Part shown: piece by piece, positions 11,406-25,468 of the stretch
How the letters are laid out: each line of letters starts with the position of its first letter
Position numbering within the stretch: the stretch's first letter is position 1
Source of the DNA: Azolla caroliniana
Taxonomy: Eukaryota; Plantae; Polypodiophyta
Assembly (NCBI GenBank): GCA_043228905.1
Contig: JBHGNT010000018.1
Coordinates: forward strand, 4,712,001 to 4,776,000
Length of the DNA stretch: 64,000 nt
Direction of reading: 5' to 3'
The notes under the pieces: model-generated
Told to the model about the DNA's origin: nothing
Databases searched by the model: none
Seen by the model: only the letters and a program-made list of their open reading frames with translations
Program-made: the position numbers and the translations under genes

Positions 11406-13800
11406 TGTCATGATATGGCTCCAAATGGATTCGAACCAACGTCCTTATGTTACATGGTTGAACTCATACCATTAAACCATGCATTATAATACAAAAAATA
11501 TTATTTTCATTTATTATTTCACCATAGGAGATTCATGTATATTCTAGATTACTCTGGAACATTCTAGAAATTTCAAGAGTACTCATGAGAGTACTATAAA
11601 TAGAGGCACATGGCATTATTCAGAACCAATTCAGTTCAATGCCAGTCTTAAGCCTCCTAACTACACTTGTATCTTTTCTTCATATAATATACCACTTATT
11701 ATCATCATTCTCTTCTCTCTCTCTCTCTCTCTCTCATGAGTCTCCACACATTTTTGCCCTTCTTAGTACTAATCCTTATTCTTCCTCTCTATATTTAGTA
11801 CTAGTTCTCCCTGTCCCTAGTACTATCTCTGACAGTTTGAACCGAATTGCTCATCCTCTTATCCCTCCTTCCCTTCATACTAATCCTCTTATCCTTCCTA
11901 CTAAATGACAACTGTTAGCTCAAGAATACCAATCCGTTTTCTCGGAGCTCCAATGCTTAAAAGAGAAGTTTGTAGCACTAGAACAAGAAAATCAATGTCT
12001 GTTTGGGGATCTTCAACAAATAGCTGTAGAAAAACAACAACATGGGGAGTTGATGTTACGTGTGCAACAACTTGAAGCAACTATTGTGTCACTAGAACAA
12101 CATGGATCAAGCACTCAAGGGACTCCCAAAGAACCCAAGATCGGTCTTCCTATGAAGTTTGATGGAACACGATCATAGTTTAGAGGATTTCTTAATCAGG
12201 TACGTTTGGTGATTCAAATGCATCATTCTCGAGATCCCACTGATGCATCATGAGTGGGACTAGTAGGTACACTACTTAGTGGCACAACTTTGGCATGGTT
12301 CGACCCTTTATTAGAAAAAGGCTCTTCGTTGTTAAATAATTTTGAAGAGTTTATTAGTGAGTTTAAAGAATGTTTTGGAGATACTGATAACGTTAGGACG
12401 ACAATCAACAAAATCTGAAGACTGCGTCAAGGTGATCAGCCGGCCTCAGCTTATGCCGTAGATTTCCGTCTTCTCGCCACCAATATTCCCTGGGATGACC
12501 AAGCATTGACGGAGCAATTTCTCTATGACCTACGTAATGATGTCAAGGATTTACTCTTGACTTTTCTCGAAGAACCAAAGTCGCTCACAGAAGCAATCAG
12601 TTGAGCAATACGATGCGATAACCGCCTTTTTGAACGACGTTCAGAATTTCAGTTCCAACTGCTAAGGACAAGATCAAAGCCCACCTATGCCTCAATTGTA
12701 GCAAAACCTTTTCCAAGAGAGTCATATAATGCGTTTCCAGCAAATACTCCAACTTTGATGGAAATCAACACCACACGTCGTTGCAGACCATTTTTGGAAG
12801 AGGAAAAGCAACGACGCCGAGAAAATTGACTATGTCTTTATTCTGGTGAACCAGGGCATATTGCAGTGAACTGTCTTCATAGGCCAAGAAGATAGGTAAA
12901 TCAAATAGTCGCTAATGCTGATAGTACTAAACCCGAGTCTATTTCATTAGGAATGTCAGATAGTCCTAATAACCCAAACCTATCAAACAAATTTGAAGTC
13001 CTTAGTCAATTAGAAGAAGAGTTAAACGACTAAGTCCAACCAAAATAAGAGCCGTTTGGTTGGACAGTCCTAGATATGTGCAACCCATTAGTGGTTCCAT
13101 TCCCTCTAAGCAAGTTAGCAATGTCTTCTTAGCTCAAGTAACAATTAGTACTAAAAGTAATCCTCCAGTACATGTCTTAGCACTCCTAGATTCCAGTGCC
13201 AATTCTTGATTCATGGATAAGAATTTTGCCCAAGCTCATCAGATCTCCCTAAGAAAACTCCCTTGGCCAGCATCTGTAGTAGTCATTGATGGTCGCCCCA
13301 TTGTTTCCGTAAATATCGTAGAAGAGCTAGAGCCAATTAATGTGTACTAAATAATTTGGCATTTTTAGTATCATTTAATATAATTAGTAGTCCAGAGAAT
13401 CCAATTGTTTTGGGGTTACCATGGTTCAAATTACACAATTCGGACGTAGATCGGAGAACAAGAGAAATCGGGTATCGACAACATCGAGGATCTACTCATA
13501 AGATTTCAACAATTTCGCTACATAAATTGCTTGAGGAAGGACGCAATGAAGCAATGTTTGTATTCACAGTATTAGTGAAACCTTCCAACACCGCTAAGGA
13601 GGACTCAACAATTCAACTTCCGAAGAAGTATCATCATTACGCCGACGTTTTTGATAAGGAGCTAGTACTCTTCCTCATCATCGACTGTATGATTGTTCCA
13701 TTGAGTTACAACCCGGAAAAGAACCATCGTGGAGACTGATCTACAACTTGTCACCAACCGAGCTTGAAGTTCTTCGAGCCTACATTGAGGAAAATTTGGC
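11406..13800 (+). mobile_element. Ty3/Gypsy chromovirus (Tcn1/Tf1-like) copy 1: 5' LTR 11406-11834, degenerate gag, protease, start of RT; 3' truncated
   Basis: TGTCA...TGACA LTR. Gag is homologous to ORF 17634-18422. Protease ALLDSSANS and [12 protein letters not shown]; RT N-terminus [19 protein letters not shown]. Confidence 0.88.
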
Positions 13801-13802
13801 AC

Positions 13803-16681
13803 ATCAAATATGAAGACTACGACTCATCGAACCTCTTCTTCGATGTTGATAGCTCGATGGGGTTTCACAGAGTCAAGATCGATGAATGTAATTACATAAT
13901 TGACTGCTGCCACCCTAAAGCCCTAACTCAACAGAATTTACATGAACCAATCTCTCGTCGCATTCTTTCTCATTCAAGCAATTTTCTAATATTTTGACTG
14001 TATCCACATCTGAATATTCAAGAAACATACCAGAAATTATGTGATCCCTTTCAATCATCCCTGAAGTGCACAATGCATCCAACATCTCTTCTTGCTCCCT
14101 TTATTTTGTGCATGACTTTCCACACCAAAGTAACAGGTAAATCCATCCATTGTATTAGACAAAGTATTGATTGTTTTATTAATTGGAAAACATTTTTGCA
14201 AGGAAAGAAAAGCTTTGGGACCATTGTGTCCCTGCCCATCAATGATCCTACTTAAAAATCCGACTCATAAGATGACATATCATGCTCACGTGAGTTAATT
14301 CGTAATTCTTCTTTATTTCTATCATGCTCCTGCCTAACAATAAGAAATTGAACACTTTTTTTACCATCGGTACTTCGAATCCTAGCATATGCCGAACCAT
14401 CTTCAAGCACCTTCATATCCATCCTAGAAGATGTGATGTATGGTTGACCAAGAATCACTGGGTATGATAAGGTCTTTTGGATAAAGAAATCTTGCTCCAT
14501 TGGCACATCTCCAATGGTGACTTTGATGTTTGGGCAAGCTCCATGAAGTTGCTTGGTCGTTGAATTAATCGATTTTATCCTCCACCCATGATTCGTTTCC
14601 ATTGGCCATCTGCCTTTCCTATAAATATCATAAGAAATTAGATTAATTTTTGAGCCGTGGTCAATTAAGGCCACAACCGGATCTTCAAGGTTTTCAATCT
14701 TCACGGGTGTCTCAGTTGTTGCTCTTGCCTAATGTTTCTTAGCATAGTAGCTTTTTAACTCTTTCGGCTTCTCTTCAAAAGTTGTCGTCACGATAGCTTG
14801 TGTACCAACAATGGAAGAGCTTGGTTCACCTTTGAGGACTTCCATCGTTGCTTTCTTTACTTCACTTCCTGGGGTTTCATCGGCTTCCATACTTTGTCAT
14901 TTTCTTTTAATTCCATCTATTATTGCATCATGAAATTCTTTTTTAGCTATGCCCAAAAGTTCCCTCAAGGAAAGTTCCACTTTGTTATCTAAAATTCTTT
15001 CTTCCAATACTTTTTTTAAATAAGTTGAAGCTTCAATATCAGATAATAATTTGAACGAGGGACTCTTCTTATCCTTACCTTTTTCAATGTCAGGGCTTAC
15101 CATTTTTGGATTTTCTGTCTCCCTCTTTTTAGCGCTTCTTAGCTCCCTCTTCTTGTTATCTTCATTTTCCGCCCATTTCCGTTTCTCTTCCATGATCACT
15201 TCATGGGCTTGGGTTGTTGCAACCTTCGCGAAAGCTGAGAGCCCATCCACTGGGTCTTCCTAACTAGTTTTGCTTCGGACAACATCACCTCCAGACTTCA
15301 ACTTTTCAAACTCGATTTTACCCTTTCTTGTAGCTTTCAAAATACACGACCAAAATTCAGATTCAGATCCTCCCTCACCAACATGGATGACTGTAGTTGT
15401 TGGTTGATAGACAACTTATGTCCTAGTTATTTCCACGTCTTCGATGATTCTTCTCATACCACCTCTTCTAAAGTTAGTTCGGAGAGGTAATCGAGTTTCA
15501 GAAGAATGAACCTTACCATCTTTGAAGAATATCACCCCTCCTTCTATCGCTTCTTGATAGTTATCACACCCTCCTCTTGAATGGTCAACGCTATCACACC
15601 ATATGCATCTTCTTTCATAATCTTTTTGGGGCTGTGATGATTTTTCTTCTTGTAGCTTTGCAACATGTAATGAAAGATCTTTTATACCTTTGATAAGATC
15701 GTCCATCATTGTTTCGGGTACCTTGGAAATAGTTGACGGACTCCCACTATCCTCCTTGATGGTTGTCTTCATTTCATCTTTCATACCCCCGGCAATCGAA
15801 AGATCTTCACACCATTGGGTTTTTTTCCTGATTCTGTTACAAGCTTCATGTACTCGATTCCAATCGGACACTAGACAAGTGGGTGTAGTTCAGTCTTCAA
15901 GGAATGCAACTAATTTTTCTCGATAGGATTGGTCTGATGCCTTCAAGAATAATATGACCTTCTCCGGTTCCAAAAGAGTCCTTTCGGTTGTCCTTAATTG
16001 GTTATACTGAGCTTCAAATTCTTTTAACAACTCCATCACCAAAATTTTCTTGTCCTCTTTGTCCACCCAATCTAGGAAACTCCTCATTGACACTCAGATT
16101 GTATCACCAAGCATGTACTCATTTAATAAAGCTTGCTCAAATGCAACCCAATCATTAGAACTAGTTGCGAGTTCCGAGACTCTATTTCTCAAAAGGAGTT
16201 CAACCATCCTCACAAAATTAATTTGAATATCATGTTGGTTTAACCCTTTACTACCCATCTTAGTAACATATAATTGTAAGAATTTAGATATATTTTTACC
16301 TTCAAAGAGACCTATTTACTCTACAAGCTTGTCAATAGCATGATCGATTCGTTGAAGAGTAGTTGCACGTTCTTGGCTTTGCATCATTCTTTCAATAATT
16401 TGTAAGACCACGTTGATTTGTGGCTCCACAACAGCTTCTTGGTTGATCTGTGGCTTTGAGACTGCTTGTTGGTTCTCTCTCTCTCTCTCTCTGTCTTAAC
16501 TTCCCTGTTTCATGTCAGGTTCACCACTATCGTGTTGATCTCGGGGTACGAGAGCAAACGAAAAGAAAATCGTGGATCCGGGAAGTAAGCACTATGCTTC
16601 TTGTCAAAGAAAGAGGAGAAAAGGAAATAACTTGTATTGATATTTGAAGATGATTACAAAATATTTCTTGTACAATAATAT
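13803..16681 (-). mobile_element. Ty3/Gypsy element with tRNA-Trp PBS (partial LTR 16528-16681, gag, protease), degenerate and lacking RT
   Basis: PBS at 16509-16526 (minus strand TGGTGAACCTGACATGAA). Zinc knuckle CIWCDSVDHSRGGC; aspartic protease ALIDHGS...VILGQPYI (14252-14704). The LTR end resembles TGTCGTGTTG of the 21130/35367 LTRs. Confidence 0.82.
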
Positions 16682-18741
16682 TGTCATGATATGGCAAGAC
16701 TCGAACCCACAACCTTATGTTACATGAGTCGAGCTCTTGACCATTACATTATCAATTGTAATGTATAAGATATTATTTTTATTTAAATTTTATTATAGAA
16801 AATTAATGTATATTCCAGATTTCTTTGGAACATTCTAGAAGCTTCAGGACTACTCTTGAGAACATTATAAAAGGACGCACAAGGCATTATTTCGAAACAA
16901 ATCGGTTCAACACCAGTCTTAAGCCTCCTAGCCTTCCTTGTATATTCTTCTCACATAATATATCGTTGTCATCATCATTTTCTCTCCCTCGATTTGACCT
17001 CCGAAGACGATAATATAATCTCTCTCTCTCTCTCCTTCTCTCGAGCGTTCTACACCCTCTATTCCTCTTAGTACTAATATTCCTATCTTAGTACTAATTT
17101 CTTCTCTGTCTCAGTACTATTATTGATAATTTGAACCGAATTTTCCTCCTTCCGTCTCCTCTTTTCCTCCTCTTCATTTTATCTTCTTACATATCCCCTT
17201 TTTTCCGGTCTTCTTTCCGGTTTCCTTCATCTTCTTACCCCTTTCCCCCCTTCATACTAATCCTCTTATCCTCCCTAGTAAAATGGAAACTGTTAGCGCT
17301 CAGGAATACCAATCTGGTTTCTCGGAGCTCTAGTGCTTAAAAGAGAAATTTGTAGCACTAGAACAAGAAAATCACCGTTTGTTGGGGGATATTCAACAAA
17401 TAGCGCTGGAAAAACAACAACACGGGGAGATGACATTATGTGTACAACAACTTGAAGCGACTATTGTATCACTACAACAACAAGGATCAAGCACTCAAGG
17501 GATTCACAAAGAACCCAAGATTGGTCTTCCTGCAAAATTTCATGGGACCCAATCATAGTTTAGAGGTTTTCTGAATCAGGTACGTTTAGTGATTCAAATG
17601 CATCCTTCTCGATATCCCACTGATGCATCATGAGTGGGACTAGTAGGCACTCTACTTAGTGGCTCAACATTGGCATGGTTCGCTCCGTTGTTAGAAAAGG
17701 AATCTCCATTACTAAACAATTTTGAAGAATTTATAAGTGAGTTTAAAGCTTGTTTTGGAGATACAGACAACATAAGGACAACAATCAACAAAATCCGACG
17801 ATTACGCCAAGGTGATTGTCCAACCTCCGCATACGCTGTAGATTTCCGCCTACTCGCCGCTGATATCCCTTGGGATGATCAAGCATTGATGGAGCAATTT
17901 CGTTATGGTTTACGCAACGATGTCAAGGATTTACTCTTGACCTTCCTCGAAGAACCAAAGTCGTTAACAGAAGCAATCAGTCGTGCGGTGAGATGCGACA
18001 ACCGCCTTTTCAAACGACGTTCAGAACGACAATTCCAGATGCCGAGGGCAAGATCAGAGCCCACTTACGCCTCAGTGGTTGCGAAACCTTTTCCGAGGGA
18101 GTCATATAATGTGTCTCCAGTGAGTACTCCGACTTCGATGGAGATTGACACTACACGTCGTTGCGGACCATTATCGGAAGAAGAAAAGCAGCGACGTCGA
18201 GCAAATCGACTATGTCTTTATTGCGGTGGTCCAGGGCATATTGTAGTAAATTGTCCCCATAGGCCAAGAAGACAGGTAAACCAAATAGTTGCTAGTTCTA
18301 ATTGTACTAAATCCGATTGTATTTTAGTAGGAATATCTGATAGTCCTAATAGTACTAATAGCCCAAATCTAGCGAACAAATTTGATGTCCTTAGTCAGTT
18401 AGAAGAAGAGTTAAACGACTAGGTCCAGCCAAAATAGGAGTCGTTTGGTTGGACAATCCTAGATCTGTGCAACCCATTAGTGGTTCCATTCCCCCTAAGC
18501 AAGTTAGTAATGTGTTCGTAGCCCAAGTAACAGTTAGTACTAAAAGTACCCCTCCAGTACATGTCTTAGCACTTCTAGATTCCGGAGCTAATTCTTGCTT
18601 CATGGATAGGAATTTTGCCCAAGCTCATCAGATATCTCTCAGAAAACTCCTAAGTCCAACCTCTATATTAGTCATTGATGGTCGTTCCATTGCTTCCGGA
18701 AATATCATAGAAGAGTCAGAGCCCGTTAATATTGTCCTAGA
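16682..18741 (+). mobile_element. Chromovirus copy 2, 5' part: LTR 16682-17128, gag 17283-18422 (with stops), protease
   Basis: Gag knuckle CLYCGGPGHIVVNC and protease ALLDSGANS. Interrupted at 18742 by a Copia LTR. Confidence 0.9.
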
Positions 18742-21129
18742 TGATGAGAATAATGCAGAATATTGCTCAGCCACAATCGAGTCTTGAACACTTCACTTGA
18801 ATGAAACACAGAAATGGTAAATGGAGAGTACACAAGGAAATACACAGGATGTTTACGTGGAAAACCTTGAATGGGAAAAAACTACGGGAGCCCACAGACT
18901 CCAACTATCACTATATGAGAAAGGTACACTTAGAGCCTTGGAGGCAACGACCTCAAGCTCTGTATCTACGCCAACCGACGATTACAACAGAGTATTTCTC
19001 TGTATCTTACACACTCTCTCTCTCTGTCGCTCTCTGTACAACAGTTACAACAATATGACAACAACCTTATCAAAGTGATTGCCCTAAGTCATATTTATAC
19101 TTATATGAACTTAGGGCTATTTACAAATATAGCCTCAATAGGCTTACTCAAGACATATTTACAGATATGTGGTGAGAGAGAGATGATAGAAAAGAGAGAT
19201 AAATAAGATATATATATCCAAAACCACAAAGATCTATTGATAATGAAAAATCATGATGGAAGGAAGAGGAAAAGAAGATACATAAATCCAAGTCTACAAA
19301 GATATATGGATAACAACACAACCACACTACATGAATAGGCAATAGAAAACACCACAAGAAGTAGACTCCTCCTTCCACCACCTTACTCTTCTTACTTTAT
19401 ATGAAGTTCTCCTCTACTAGATAAGTTTCCCTTGCGTTCTTTTCCACACTTTTTTTAGAGCTTTTCCATCTCCTATTCTTAGCTATGACACAACTATCTT
19501 CTAATCGTCGTATCTCCCTCATCCAAGCTCCAAAATTAGAGCTTTAAAAAGCTAAGGATAGCTCTCTTCATAAGCTTTCCAACCCATATTTGAACATGAT
19601 ATTTGGCTTCCAAACGAATTAGTAATGAGCGTTCGTTTCAGACTGTATTTTGGTGGCCCGCTTTTTTCTTCTTTTACTTTTCTCCATCTTTCTTGCTTTT
19701 AGTTTGAGTTATCCTTGAGACCTGCCCTCCGGATGTGAATGCACCATACCTTATATTCTTGTAGACTTCAATACCTTAAATTCTAAAAACACTTTCACAA
19801 TATGTCTTCTCTTTCGGTTCTCACCAGCTTTCCTCCGGTCTCCGGATCTCGTCCGGTTCTCACCTGGTCCTCTTTATTCATCACCGGATCCCATCCAGAG
19901 AGACCGATTTCCCAACAATCTCCCCTTTCACTCCGGCATGGGATATCTTGTCAACCCGATCTACTTTCGGCACGCGTCTTGCTTGTCGGTTGTTAGGACC
20001 TTGGTCAGCATGTCCGACCCGTTCTTCTCTGTGTGGATCTTCGTTAGCATGAACTCTTGATCTTCTACTCTCTCCCGGATCTAGTGGTACCTCCGCTGGA
20101 TATGTTTCGTCCGGGAATAGTAGGCCACGTTCTTTGCAAGGTGGATGGCACTTTGACTGTCACAGTAGAGCCGGTATTCCTCCTGTTGGATCCCTAGCTC
20201 TCCGATGAAGCCCTTCATCCAGATTATCTCCTTGCCAGCTTCTACAGCTGCCATGTACTCCGGCTCTGTGGTTGACAATGCAACCGTCTTTTGCAACCTC
20301 GACTGCCATGAAACAGCTCCCCCTGCATAAGTCATGACATATCCGGATGTCGACCAGCTAGTATCTGCATCAGCCGACATATCTGAATCCGTGAAACCAT
20401 TGAGTTGGGGTTTTCCGGACCAAACCGAAGGCACATACTTGAGGTGCCTTTCAGATACCGGAGTATCCACTTGACCACGTTCTTGTGCTCTCTTCCGGGA
20501 TTGCTCATGAACCGACTCACCACTCCGACTGCATATCCGATATCCGGCCGGTTACATACCATCGCGTACATCAAGCTCCCGACGGTAGAGGCATATGGTA
20601 TCTTCATCATATCCGTCTTCTCCGCCTTTGTCCTCAGGCTTTGTTTTCCGGATAGCTTGCAGTTTGCCGGAAGTGTCGATCTGACCGGTTTCACCTCCGG
20701 CATGTTGAATCGTTGAAGCACCTTCGTCACGTACTTTTCCTATGGCAACCACAATAGCTTCTTCGACCGGTCCCGGATGATGTGCATTCCCAATATCTAT
20801 TTTGCCGGCCCCAAGTATTTCATTGAGAAGGTCCAGTTGAGATTTCTTTAGCATCCGACGATAAGCATATCATCCACATACAGGAGGAGTATTAGGAAGT
20901 CTCCTCCATCAAATTTCTTCATAAACACGCAGTGATCGGCCTACGTCTTGTGGTACCCTTGGTCAGTCATGAAGGAGTCAAACTTCTGGTACCATTGCCG
21001 GGGAGCTTGCTGCAGTCTGTATAGGCTCTTCTTCAGCCGACACACCAGGTGCTCCTTCCCTTCCCTTTCAAATCCTTTCGGTTAATGCATGTAGATCTCT
21101 TCTTCGAGGTCGCCATGTAGGAATGCCGT
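18742..21129 (-). mobile_element. Ty1/Copia element D (Tnt1/Tork-like), 3' part: RT/RNase H remnants, PPT, 3' LTR 18742-19917
   Basis: TAFLHGDLEEE, LLLYVDDMLI, GFTDSD and SWQSRLQKTVALSTTE motifs. A purine tract AGGGGAGAT precedes TGTTGGG (19917). The LTR ends in CATCA. Confidence 0.88.
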
Positions 21130-21596
21130 TGTCGTGTTGTTCCGCTTTCGTGTAGGAAATAAGGCGGGACCACGGGGGCCTTGAACCGAGGAGCAAGAGA
21201 GAGAAGAAGGTGGAGCGAGAGAAGTGCGCACACATAAGGCCGGTTAGGCCTGTTTGCAATTGACTGCACTTGCTGGCTGGATGAACCACTAATGCGTATC
21301 TGAACAAGATGCACACTTGCGTAAAGAGAGAGACTCACAGAAACACAGAGAAAGGGAAACAAGAGATTCGATTCCAATAACAGAAAAGGTTACAGTGTTC
21401 GCAAGATTACAGCCGGATAGCCGGCGATAGACCCAACCCAGACAATCACACACTCACGCACACACACAGAAGAGCCTTGCCGGAAAGCACACGGGCTTTC
21501 CTCGAAGCAGAGGCAACCCACTCAGAAAGCCTACAAAAAACAACAATAGAGGAGGAGAGAGCTCAGTTCCCAGTTCGACAACACCTCGTCCTTGCT

Positions 21597-22284
21597 ACCC
21601 GGCTACGGAGAGCCGGATGGTGCAGACCCGATATGAACCGGATGAGGAGGACCCAGCTACGGAGAGCCGGATGGTGCAGACCTGGTATGAACCGGATGAG
21701 GAGGACCCGGCTACGGAGAGCCGGATGGTGCAGACCCGGTATGAACCTGATGAGGAGTACCCGGCTACGGAGAGCCGGATGATACAGACCCGGTGAAGAC
21801 CGGATGAGGAGTACCCGGCTACGGAGAACCGGATGAAGAGACATATTCGTAAATATGTTTCTGAGAGTCCATCGGGGCTATATTTGTAAATAGCCGGAAA
21901 GTCATATTAGTATAAATATGACTTAGGGCAAACCTTTAGTTGTGGTTATTCTTGTCTGCGCGAGATTAGTGTGCGTAACAGTACAAAGAGAGAGAGAGAG
22001 AGAGAGAAAGAGGTCGTTGCCTCTGTTGTAACCGCGGCCTGTGGCGAAGATCTGTGAGCACGAGGTCGTTGCCTCAGTGAACTCACTGCTGTACATATTA
22101 ACCTAGTGATAGTTTGCAGCTTGTGGGCTGCCGTGGTTTTTTCCCTAGTTTGGGGTTTTCCACGTAAACCTCCTGTGTATCTTCCTCTTCTTTGTGTCGT
22201 GTTTCATTTCCCGTTTTCTGTGTATGATCCTAAGCTCGGTTGTTGGCGAGCGTTGCGTATAGTGGAGCGCTGTAGTTCCCGTCA
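21597..22284 (+). mobile_element. Fragment of a Copia D-family LTR with an internal 54-bp tandem repeat (about 4.5 copies, 21597-21835)
   Basis: Shares GCTATATTTGTAAATAGCC, TATAAATATGACTTAGGGCAA, GAGGTCGTTGCCTC and GGTTTTCCACGTAAAC with the reverse complement of LTR 18742-19917. The repeat unit is ACCCGGCTACGGAGAGCCGGATGGTGCAGACCCGGTATGAACCGGATGAGGAGG. Confidence 0.8.
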
Positions 22285-22371
22285 CGTGGGACAGGACCTT
22301 GTCCGTCGGACCCACGACTTACAAAATACTAACAACATTACAGAAATTGCTTTTTAGGCGTGATCCTCCTT

Positions 22372-25300
22372 TCATTCCTCTTCTAAGATGTCGAGGATGT
22401 TTTCGGGGTCCGGGGTGGTGGCAGGGTGGTCTGGTTGGACTGTCGGTGCGGGGGGTTGAGTTTGGTCCGGGGGTGTCATATCCTCTCGGGCGTCCATCTC
22501 AAGTGCGGCCGATTCTTCTGGTGGTGGTGTGGGTTCGAGGGCGCTGACCTCTACTTTGACTGGATCTGGTACCATGTGGGCGTCCTCGGGAGGTCTGTTG
22601 GCCGGGGCGAGTTCCTCCTGTGCCGTGTCCGTGATCTCCTCGCTGGGAGGTTCTTCCTTCTGCTCTGTGGTCGTTGGAGGGCTGGTTGGGATGGCTGTGA
22701 GTCGTTCTCGTTCGAAGGCTTCTGCTTCTAGGCGAAACAACATCTGATCGTCATTGAAGTCCTCCAGCATTTGCTCGATTACCGCGGTGTGAGATTTTGC
22801 CAAGGACTGGTAATCCTCGGTTAAATCTACACGGAGGTTTTGTATGTTGGCTTCGTCCATTTTGTAAAAGCCGCGGCCCTCCTTCTGTCGGTTCTTGGCG
22901 TCAGCGCGTAAAATATGCAATTTGGCAGCTTGGGCTGCCCATTCTTCTCCTGCGCGACTTAATGTTTCCTCGACCTTTTTGGTGAGGTGCTGGCGCTGTT
23001 TCTCGATCAGTATTCTGATGCGTGTCTCATCCATGCCGGGCTGTGCTCGGACGGCTACCAATTCCTCTTTTAAGCCGTTGACCTCGGCCTGAAGCTTCTT
23101 TGTGAGTAGTTCATAGGTGGCTTGAGTGTTCTTTGCGTCTGCGGTTACGAGTTGGATAGACTGCTCGTAATGCTTGGTGAGCTCTTCGGTAGCTTTCTCC
23201 CATTCTTTTTGACACGCGGCCCGGACTTGTTCCCGTTCGATGATTCTCTCTTCTTGTAGGGCGAAGTAGGAATAAGATAATTCGTCTTTTTGCTCCGAAA
23301 GTAGCTTGCATTTGATGAAAAACTCGTCAGCCATTTCTTTAAGGGTTGTACGCTGACTCTACAACTCGGCATTCTCTGCGATCATTCTCTCCTCCCGTTG
23401 GCGATTTCTTTCCTCCTGCCGGTGGTTCCAGTCTTTCGCATTGTTGAGCGCGGCCTGTAGGTCTAGGACCTCCTTCTCTTTCTCTGCCACTGTGGCCGCG
23501 TATTCCTCCAGCTTGCTTTTGAGTTTTGCTTCTTTGCCCGCGGCTTGCGCTTGTACCCGGCCCTGTGCTTCGTTCTGCTCATGTATCCTTTGGTCAGGAT
23601 GGGCTCTAATCTCGGCCATCTGTTTGGAAGCTTCTTCTTTTAAGCGAGCCATGGCCTCTTGATGCCGTTCTTCGTGTCTCTCGGTCCGCCGTTGTTCTTC
23701 TTTAAGCTCCGCTCGGTAATCCCGAAGCGGGGGTTCTGTCTGGGTTGCCACCTCCATGGGTGGACGAGGGGGTGGTATCTCGGTCTTCTCCATGGGCGTG
23801 GCCGCCTCGGTTGTTGTGCAGGCATCGACCATTTGTAACGAGTCCGTTAGTGTGCTGGCCTGGATCGTCAGGATTGAATCCGTGACGGTGCTTTCATCTA
23901 TCAATTGTTATGCGTGGAGGGGCTGGGAAGGCCTCGGTGGTCGTGGCCGGAAGGCTCAAGAGTTGTTGTTCCGGCCGGTTTTGCTCCCAGGCTGCCAGTT
24001 TCCGTTTCGCAGCGTGCCATAATTCCGTAGCCACCTTAGCCTATTTTTGGGTTGTTTTTATCTTTCGGGCCATGTCTTTCGCTGCCCGCGTAGTGTGATC
24101 CAGGTCCCTATATGCCTCGATAAGGGCCGTGTTCAACTCGGGGACCTCCATGAGGAGAGCAGCCTGTTTTGCCTGCTTCTTCCTCCCTATTTTTTGTAAA
24201 GCCCTGTCGTCCTTGGGCTCAATTTCACCTAATAGCGCGCGTTGAATCATTTTTGTTTCGGCGTGCTCTTCCACCATTCGAGCGGCTGCCGCGACTTGGG
24301 CTCTGGCGAGGAAGTCGACCAGCTCGAATGTCGTACCGAGGCGTAGGAGCGCACTAAATTCATATGCCTCCGCGGGGAGGTCTTTATAACCGAGGACTTC
24401 ATCCTCCGAGATCTGCGTTGTCTGCCCATGCTCGATCTTTCCCTGGTTCAGCGATGCCTCCTCAGGGATGATGGCCAGGTTGCTCTGGCTAACAACTAAG
24501 GCTTGCTCCTGTTGTGGCTCTTTCTGTTCTGCTGAGGACTCGCGGTTGAGTCGTTTTTTCTTGCTCGGCTGGGTTTGGGGTTCCGGGGCCGGTGGTGTCG
24601 TTTCCTCTGCTTGCTTCCTTTTCTAGGGTCGTGGTGGTGCTGCCTATTGTGTGTTGGGGTGTGGGCTAGGCCCTGGGGGAGTTATCGAGGGGCGCGACGT
24701 TGGCTGTCGAATGGTGACATCGTCTGCCGTGTTGTCCTTCGTGGTTATCTCCTCCTCCCATTCTTGGCAGGTCTCGGAAACTACCCTTTTTTGTTGGGGT
24801 TGGGTGGGTGGTGGTGCCGATGCGAGGTTTTGGTCTGCGGCAGGAGGTGAAGGCGATGTGGGCTCCTCCCATGCTTCGTGGCTGATGGCAACCAATTTCT
24901 CTCTCTGCCTTCATGGTGGTGGTGGGGACGTGAGTGTCTGAGGGGAAGGAAGAGAAGAGGGTGGGTATAGAACCATCAAAAAGTGGGTAAGAATAGACAA
25001 CATCTTCTTACCTAACTAGAATGAGGCTAAGGCGGCGCGGAGTCCTTCTCCTGTGATGATTCCCCAATCGACTCTGTTTCCTTCATACGCGCTGATGATG
25101 ATGGCTGCCTTGTTCTGCGACATGCTCGTCGGGTTCGTATGCACGAACGCATACTCCATCAATATACAAACAATCTCCCCGAAAGCTCTGTTGGGATCGC
25201 CATACGTGCGATATGCCTTCCCTGAGGCTGAGTACTCACCGAAGTACTCTTTCAGCTTCGATGCCGGGGGTATGTCGACCTCATGGTCCCCTCCCCGTTG

Positions 25301-25468
25301 CAGGTCCAAAGCAGCCCGAAGCACGTTGTTGGTGATGGCTTCGGGACAAATACGTCTAGCCACACCTTGGGCATCCGAGTGCGCGGGGGCATCGATGATC
25401 TTCAGGTAACCGTCCATTCCTCGTTCCTGGAGCCAGGCGCGGGTTTCTGTTGAAGCGGTAAGAGGCAT
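22372..25468 (-). pseudogene. Degenerate extra (accessory) ORF downstream of integrase, about 1,030 codons: globular N-terminus, Pro-rich linker, long coiled coil
   Basis: Consecutive same-strand ORF pieces (25016-25468, 24644-24895, 24041-24277, 23359-23904, 22372-23334) are separated by single stops or frameshifts. The C-terminal half is E/K/Q/A-rich. Confidence 0.7.

Noticed and set aside
21597-21835. Possible CRISPR-like array or repeat protein (RRAGWCRP..)
   Set aside because: The units are head-to-tail with no unique spacers, lie inside a plant LTR, and there are no cas genes.
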